From assembly GCA_944390315.1 (NCBI GenBank), contig CALXPO010000024.1, positions 778 to 64,777 of the forward strand: 64,000 nucleotides of DNA, written 5' to 3'. Positions 58,411 to 64,000 of this stretch are shown one piece after another. The notes under the pieces are model-generated. The model was given only the letters and a program-made list of their open reading frames with translations. It was not told the DNA's origin and ran no database searches. Origin of the DNA: an uncultured Alphaproteobacteria bacterium (lineage in GTDB: Bacteria; Pseudomonadota; Alphaproteobacteria; RF32; CAG-239). Position numbers and translations under genes: made by a program. The first letter of the stretch is position 1; the number at the start of each line of letters is the position of its first letter.

Positions 58411-59663
58411 GCCTGTTTAATCAAACCGAATTTCTTTTTGCCTTGGGCTATTTTTACTTGGCCGTTTACAACGTCCTCGGCACTCAAAACATAGTTTTCG
58501 TCACTTATCGCGCGGTCGTTGACCTTGATTCCGTTTTGTTTAATCAAGCGACGAACTTCACCTTTGCTGGCACAAAAACCGATTTCGACAAAAGCATCCA
58601 ATACCGACAAACCGACCACGTTGTCTTTAATCAAGGTCGGCAATTCTCCGCCGATACCGCCCTGCTCAAAAGTTTTGATTGCGGTTTCTTCGGCAGCCTT
58701 GGCTTCGGCTTCGCCGCGGCAGATTTTGGTAGCCTCAAAGGCCAAAATCTTTTTGGCCTCGTTTATTTCTTGGTCTTTTAAGGCCTCCAAGCGACGAATT
58801 TCGTCCATCGGCAAATCGGTATAAATACGCAGGCACTTACCGACCTCGGCATCACCGATATTACGGAAGTATTGGAAATAATCGTAAGCGGGAAGTTTTT
58901 CTTCGTTAATCCAAACGGCGTTGCCTTCGGATTTACCCATCTTTTTGCCTGCCGAATCGGTAATAATCGGGCTGGTAAAGCCAAACAATTCGATATCGTA
59001 TTTACGACGACCGAGCTCCGTTCCCGAAGTAATGTTTCCCCATTGGTCGGAACCGGCAATTTGGGCGCGACAACCGTATTTTTGATATAATTCGCAGAAA
59101 TCATAGCCTTGGAGCAACATATAGTTAAATTCCAAAAAGCTCATCGGCTGTTCTCTGTCCAAACGGCTCTTAACGCTGTCCATGGTCAACATACGGTTAA
59201 CCGAATAATAGGTTCCGATATCTCTCAAAAAAGCAAGGTAATTGATATCTTTGAACCAATCCCAGTTATCAACCATAACCGCATCGTTTTTACCTTCGCC
59301 GAAACGCAAAAACTTGCTGAATGATTTTTTTAAGCCCTCGATATTGTGAGCCAAAGTTTCTTCATCCAAAAACGGACGCAGTTTATCTTTACCCGAAGGA
59401 TCGCCGATGCGTGCCGTGGCGCCGCCGACCAAAGTCAGTGGCTTATGTCCGCATTTTTGAAACCAACGCATCATCATTAAAGGCACGATATGTCCGACGT
59501 GAAGACTGTCGCCGGTTGGGTCGGAACCGAGATAGCCGACGGCGGGAACACCTTTTTGCTCACATTCTGCCAAATATTCGTCAAAACCGCTTTCGTTGGT
59601 GCATTGATTGTAAAAACCGCGTTCAACCATGATGTTGAAAAATTCTGATTTAAATTTACTCAT
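58404..59663 (-). CDS. tyrS: Tyrosine--tRNA ligase.
   Basis: HVGH (HIGH), KMGKS (KMSKS) and a C-terminal S4 domain. Confidence 0.9.
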   Translation of the reverse strand: MSKFKSEFFNIMVERGFYNQCTNESGFDEYLAECEQKGVPAVGYLGSDPTGDSLHVGHIVPLMMMRWFQKCGHKPLTLVGGATARIGDPSGKDKLRPFLDEETLAHNIEGLKKSFSKFLRFGEGKNDAVMVDNWDWFKDINYLAFLRDIGTYYSVNRMLTMDSVKSRLDREQPMSFLEFNYMLLQGYDFCELYQKYGCRAQIAGSDQWGNITSGTELGRRKYDIELFGFTSPIITDSAGKKMGKSEGNAVWINEEKLPAYDYFQYFRNIGDAEVGKCLRIYTDLPMDEIRRLEALKDQEINEAKKILAFEATKICRGEAEAKAAEETAIKTFEQGGIGGELPTLIKDNVVGLSVLDAFVEIGFCASKGEVRRLIKQNGIKVNDRAISDENYVLSAEDVVNGQVKIAQGKKKFGLIKQAC

Positions 59664-59758
59664 CGTTCCTTTCTTTCCTTGCTTTTATAATAAATTCTTA
59701 ACGCATATTAGCATATAATTTGCAGAGTGCAACCTGTTATAACTTTTTTGTGTAACCG

Positions 59759-60868
59759 ATGAATAATATTAAAACTCTAACTTCTTTGGGAATTGCCGGT
59801 TCGACCTCTCTCGACGGGCTTGGATTGGCTTTGATGGAAACCGACGGTGTCGATATTTACAGTCAGGGAACGACCTTAATCGTTCCTTATGAAGAACCTT
59901 TACTCGAAAAAATAAGAAGTGTTTTAGGCAAACGCGCAGACTCTCCCGAACACGCCGTCCAAATTCGTGAAGCCGAACTGGCTTTCAGCGAATTTGCCGC
60001 ACGAACGGTCAACGAATTTTTGCAAGAAGAAGAACTTAAACCCGATGTTTTGGGATTTGCCGGTCACACCATTTGCCACCGTCCGACTGAGCATTATACG
60101 CACCAAATCGGTGACGGACAGAAATTAGCCGATTTAACGGGAATTAAAACCGTTGCCCGATTTCGCAATGCCGATATTTTGGCCGGCGGTCAAGGAGCTC
60201 CCTTTGCTCCCGTATTTTATCAGGCTTTGACCGCACATCTTGAGCATCCGTTGGCTGTTATTGATATCGGCGGCACCTCCGAAATTGTCTGGTTTGGGTC
60301 AAACGGCGAAATGACAGCCTTTGTCAGCGGTCCGGGAAATGCCGTTATCAACGACTGGACGCAAAAACACGGCGGAATGCATATGGATTATAACGGTAAA
60401 CTGGCTATTACCGGCAAAGTTGACAACAAAATTTTGAGTTCGCTTATGCATCACAAATATCTGGCGCTTAATCCGCCTAAAGCCTGCGACCGTACCATCT
60501 TCACCGAAAAGGCCGAACACTTGGAAGGCTTATCTTTAGAAGACGGAGCGGCGACCGCTACCGCTTTTGTCGCCGAATCCATCGCCTATTCCATGGCCCT
60601 TTATTTGCCAGAACCGCCCAAAGAAGTCATTGTTTGCGGCGGCGGTGCCAAAAATCCGACTTTAATGCGCTTTTTGCGACAACGTTTACCTGAAGCAGAA
60701 GTTAAAACAGCCGCCGCCGTCGGTTGGAAATCCGAGGCTATCGATGCTCAGGAAGCCGCTTTTTGGGCGGTGCGGCGTTTGCATTTTCTGCCGCTGAGCT
60801 TTCCGTCCACAACCGGAGTTTTTGAACCCGTCATCGGTGGCGAAATTTTTGAGCCCGCAAAAATTTAG
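59759..60868 (+). CDS. anmK: Anhydro-N-acetylmuramic acid kinase.
   Basis: N-terminal GxxSGTSLDG-type motif plus AnmK-wide similarity. Confidence 0.85.
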   Translation: MNNIKTLTSLGIAGSTSLDGLGLALMETDGVDIYSQGTTLIVPYEEPLLEKIRSVLGKRADSPEHAVQIREAELAFSEFAARTVNEFLQEEELKPDVLGFAGHTICHRPTEHYTHQIGDGQKLADLTGIKTVARFRNADILAGGQGAPFAPVFYQALTAHLEHPLAVIDIGGTSEIVWFGSNGEMTAFVSGPGNAVINDWTQKHGGMHMDYNGKLAITGKVDNKILSSLMHHKYLALNPPKACDRTIFTEKAEHLEGLSLEDGAATATAFVAESIAYSMALYLPEPPKEVIVCGGGAKNPTLMRFLRQRLPEAEVKTAAAVGWKSEAIDAQEAAFWAVRRLHFLPLSFPSTTGVFEPVIGGEIFEPAKI

Positions 60869-61871
60869 TCGACTGCTGTTGTGTATTCTTAAAACTTATT
60901 TTGATGCCGCATATCTTAATTATATGCTTGTTTCCCTTTTGTGTTTGTGAAAAAAGAAAATTTAACAAATGGTTCTTACGCCCAAAATACGCCTTGAAAT
61001 ATTCAATCGGCAAAAATTGATATATTTTTTGCCGTAATTTCATTTTTTGCTTCCAAGATGCCAGTTTATATTCCCAAAATAAAGAGCGGACGATACACTG
61101 ATAAAAACTATCCGATAACTGGCTCCATTTTTCTCTTTTCATTAATTCTCTACGAACATAATCTGCGGCGAGCAATGAATTTTCGGCATATTTGCCTCGA
61201 TTGGACGTAATATTACCTTTTGCATTATACCTATATACATAGAGGCTTTCGGAGACAATACCTATCCTTTTAGCCTCAGACAATGAAATCAGGCAAAAAG
61301 CAACGTCATTGCATGATGAAAGAGGCTGGAAGCGAAGTTTTTTACTAAGAACAAAATCTTTGCGATACAACTTGTTCCATACCGTAAAACTGGTAAAAGA
61401 AAAATCATTTACCATATCTAGTGAAAAGTCATTAATAAATTTAATTTTCTCCCATGCCAAGGAGATGGACATTTCACTTTGCTTGTTGCCAATATCTATG
61501 ATATCCGCCTTACATACAACAATATCGTTATTGTGGCTTTCTCCGTAATTATATAATTTTTCTGCCATTTCGAGAGAACATAAATCATCTGCATCCGCAA
61601 ACCACAGCCATTTTCCTTTGGCTTTCTCTATACCTTTATTTCTGGCTAATGCTGCGCCGCTATTTGCCTGATTTATGATTACGAATCTACTGTCAGATTG
61701 AGCATAATTTTCTAAAATTTCTTGTGATCTATCGTTTGAACCATCATTAATCGCAATTATCTCTATTTCTTGTAAAGTTTGGTGACACAAACAATTTAGA
61801 CAGTCCTCAAGATATTTCTCTGCATTAAAAACAGGTACAATAATACTTACTTTTATGTTCCCGTTAGTCAT
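60831..61871 (-). CDS. Family 2 glycosyltransferase.
   Basis: SIIVPVFN...INDGSND, DAD and GT-A motifs. Confidence 0.8.
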   Translation of the reverse strand: MTNGNIKVSIIVPVFNAEKYLEDCLNCLCHQTLQEIEIIAINDGSNDRSQEILENYAQSDSRFVIINQANSGAALARNKGIEKAKGKWLWFADADDLCSLEMAEKLYNYGESHNNDIVVCKADIIDIGNKQSEMSISLAWEKIKFINDFSLDMVNDFSFTSFTVWNKLYRKDFVLSKKLRFQPLSSCNDVAFCLISLSEAKRIGIVSESLYVYRYNAKGNITSNRGKYAENSLLAADYVRRELMKREKWSQLSDSFYQCIVRSLFWEYKLASWKQKMKLRQKIYQFLPIEYFKAYFGRKNHLLNFLFSQTQKGNKHIIKICGIKISFKNTQQQSTKFLRAQKFRHR

Positions 61872-62084
61872 TCCCCACGTTCTCCAAAGAAACTTTTAAG
61901 ATTATGAGTTGTAACTTTTGCAAAAACATTTCTTTTAATTGACCTTTTTATAACGAATTTGTTGTATAAACAGTCTTGTTTGCATCTAACCTGCTTAAAA
62001 TGTCTTATTTCATTCATCACATTTTATAAAAAAAAATGCAAAAAATTCATATTTATAAAGATATTATTTTCTTTTGATTAAATG

Positions 62085-62843
62085 TCAAATGCTTTTTATG
62101 TTCTCGTCCAGGGCTTTAACCGGATTGAGCTGTTTTCCCAATTTAATATGCCAAAACAGGTGATAATTTTTCTTAAAATAATCATAAGCTGTTTTACCTT
62201 GACAGTCTTTTAGAGTTTTATCGGCACCAAAAGCCAAAAGTTTTTTGATATTAGCCGCACTTTTGCCCATGTTGGCCGCTGCTATTAACGCCGTTATACC
62301 TTCATAATTTGTTGCATTAACGTCGGGACAAATTTTTTTAATATCATCCAGCAAAACCGGTCGATGATAAAAAGTGGCAGCTATTGTCAGCAAATTTGAA
62401 CCATCATTTAAGCAAATTTTTGACACATCGCTCCTACTTAGCAATTCTCTGACAACCGGTAACGAATTGCGACGAGCTATGGCTGCAATCAACGGATTTT
62501 TCATACTGTTATTTTCAGCATTTAAATGAGCTCCGGCTGCAATTAATTCTTTTATAACTGCCAGAGAACGTTTCTGATAAACCGCTACAATTAAAGGTGT
62601 TGCGCCAAATAAGCCGATTTGATTGACATCAGCGCCCTCATCTAACAATTGTTTTACCACTGAAGCTCGCAAAAAATGTAAATTTTTAAGCGCACAATGC
62701 AAAGCCGCTGTCTTATTTTTCTCTTTTAGCAAGGCATGAGCGGCCAATTCATCCATCACAAACGTTAGCATGAGTCCTAATAAAAAGGTGATTCCAAATA
62801 AAATTACATAAAACATTTTTGCCCCATAAAATATAGTTGCCAA
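62085..62843 (-). CDS. Ankyrin-repeat protein with an N-terminal TM anchor.
   Basis: At least four ANK repeats (G.TPL..A...L..GA..N). Confidence 0.8.
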   Translation of the reverse strand: MATIFYGAKMFYVILFGITFLLGLMLTFVMDELAAHALLKEKNKTAALHCALKNLHFLRASVVKQLLDEGADVNQIGLFGATPLIVAVYQKRSLAVIKELIAAGAHLNAENNSMKNPLIAAIARRNSLPVVRELLSRSDVSKICLNDGSNLLTIAATFYHRPVLLDDIKKICPDVNATNYEGITALIAAANMGKSAANIKKLLAFGADKTLKDCQGKTAYDYFKKNYHLFWHIKLGKQLNPVKALDENIKSI

Positions 62844-62904
62844 TTTTTGTGCAATATTGTATCTTTGGTTAGATTATTTAATTATTAACAAAAAATATTA
62901 TCTT

Positions 62905-63450
62905 ATGAAGAAATTAATTATTTTCAGACATGGAGATTATGAGCTAGACGCTAACAAGCAGCTGACTATAAAATCTGCAAAAGAAGTTTATGCTCGCGCC
63001 AAACTTATCTCCGATATTATGGGAAAGGCCGATTTGATTTTGACCTCGCCCGTGTTGCGTGCCGTTCAGACGGCTGACGTCATTGCCAAAGCAATGGATA
63101 TTAAACAAATTAATGAAGAGCCGATGCTTGCGGAAAGATATGACGCTAATAAAGAGCTTATGAAAGAAGCAATCATTAATAAGGCTCTTGACCTTAAAAG
63201 CCAGATTTTAGTGATTATTACTCACTATCCTAATATTAAGCAAATCTTTAATATAAGTTTAGAACCCGGAATGGAAATTATATTGGAAGCTGATGAATGG
63301 AAGAACATTTTTAATGCTCGTCCTTCAACTCTATTGACAAAGTTTTCAATTAAAACACCGGAACTTATTGAACAATATTTTTGTCCGACATCTTCAGAAA
63401 GAGATCTACAAGAACTAAATGAAATAGATTTTTTACACGGACGTCTTTAA
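62905..63450 (+). CDS. Histidine phosphatase superfamily protein (SixA-like). Start taken at MKKLIIFRHGD. The longest ORF begins at 62857.
   Basis: RHG catalytic motif at the N-terminus. Confidence 0.65.
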   Translation: MKKLIIFRHGDYELDANKQLTIKSAKEVYARAKLISDIMGKADLILTSPVLRAVQTADVIAKAMDIKQINEEPMLAERYDANKELMKEAIINKALDLKSQILVIITHYPNIKQIFNISLEPGMEIILEADEWKNIFNARPSTLLTKFSIKTPELIEQYFCPTSSERDLQELNEIDFLHGRL

Positions 63451-63573
63451 CCCTTTCAATAAGTGTTTTTCCGTTGTCTGAACGAATATTTGCCGCACGA
63501 GCCCTCATTTTTTGAACTCGTAATAATAAAAAAACTGCGTAAGAAATACGCAGTTTTTTTATTATTTAATAAG

Positions 63574-63945
63574 TCAGGCGTTTTTTTGCTCTTGCATTTC
63601 CAAGGCAGAAAGTAACGTCCTAATACGTTCAATAAAGACCGAACTTGTCTCTATTTTTTTTGACAAAGGAACATTGCCATCGTTCCATAATACCTTCAGT
63701 CGACACTCGTAACGATCCAAAATAATTTGAATATCCTGTTCTTCAAGAATGTTGTGAATATACCAACCTCGGTTTACCGGAGACAATCTCCAGAAAAATT
63801 TGTCAAACTCGGCAGAATCAGCTTTAATGGGGTTTTGTAACCATTTTTTGCGCCAATACCGATCACGCAAATAGCCGTATACAGAGCTAAGGACAAATAT
63901 ATCAACAACAATCCACACCAGAAGAGAAATCGGCATGGGTAACAA
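63574..63945 (-). CDS. Hypothetical membrane protein.
   Basis: ORF with an N-terminal TM. Terminator hairpin at 63528-63560. Confidence 0.35.
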   Translation of the reverse strand: MLPMPISLLVWIVVDIFVLSSVYGYLRDRYWRKKWLQNPIKADSAEFDKFFWRLSPVNRGWYIHNILEEQDIQIILDRYECRLKVLWNDGNVPLSKKIETSSVFIERIRTLLSALEMQEQKNA

Positions 63946-64000
63946 CTTAAAGCACAGAGCGCCCGAAACAGCGACGAAAAGCAGGGAAATTATTCCTATT

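Overview
This 64 kb window looks like a low-GC (about 35-40% by eye) alphaproteobacterial chromosome segment, probably from an intracellular symbiont of the Rickettsiales or Holosporales type. The evidence for that placement is an ATP12 chaperone gene, a eukaryote-like type-2 IleS, an ankyrin-repeat protein and a truncated dcw cluster. Housekeeping content includes opgG-opgH, a CNNM/TlyC hemolysin-family gene, an iron-containing alcohol dehydrogenase, and an ECF sigma factor with a CpxP/Spy-like partner. It also includes the Mla/MCE operon (mlaE with fused STAS domain, mlaF, mlaD, pqiC-like lipoprotein), mutT-gltX, recN-bamD-lpxC, RNase P RNA, mraZ-rsmH-ftsL-ftsI, mreB, miaA, ddl, a U32 peptidase, acyP, ATP12 and asmA. 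Further right are rluC-like, rarA, recX, apaG, carD, trmL, ileS, CoA-transferase subunits A and B, tyrS, anmK and a family 2 glycosyltransferase.

Accessory features:
- A lower-GC toxin/immunity island at about 6.3-10.7 kb. It holds a secreted CHAP-like protein, a 447-aa protein with an HNH/AHH-like C-terminal motif next to a SUKH (SMI1/KNR4) immunity gene, and an epsilon/zeta-like toxin-antitoxin pair.
- A roughly 146-bp four-hairpin dispersed repeat present in three intergenic copies, one of them inverted.
- A roughly 257-bp tandem duplication that carries two promoter-and-terminator-bounded putative sRNA genes.
- A pentapeptide-repeat protein with a 36-bp charged (DYRRRRGDEEGN) tandem-repeat array.
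- A truncated FtsK-like ATPase.
- A low-GC orphan-gene island at about 55.8-58.1 kb.
- An ankyrin-repeat membrane protein.
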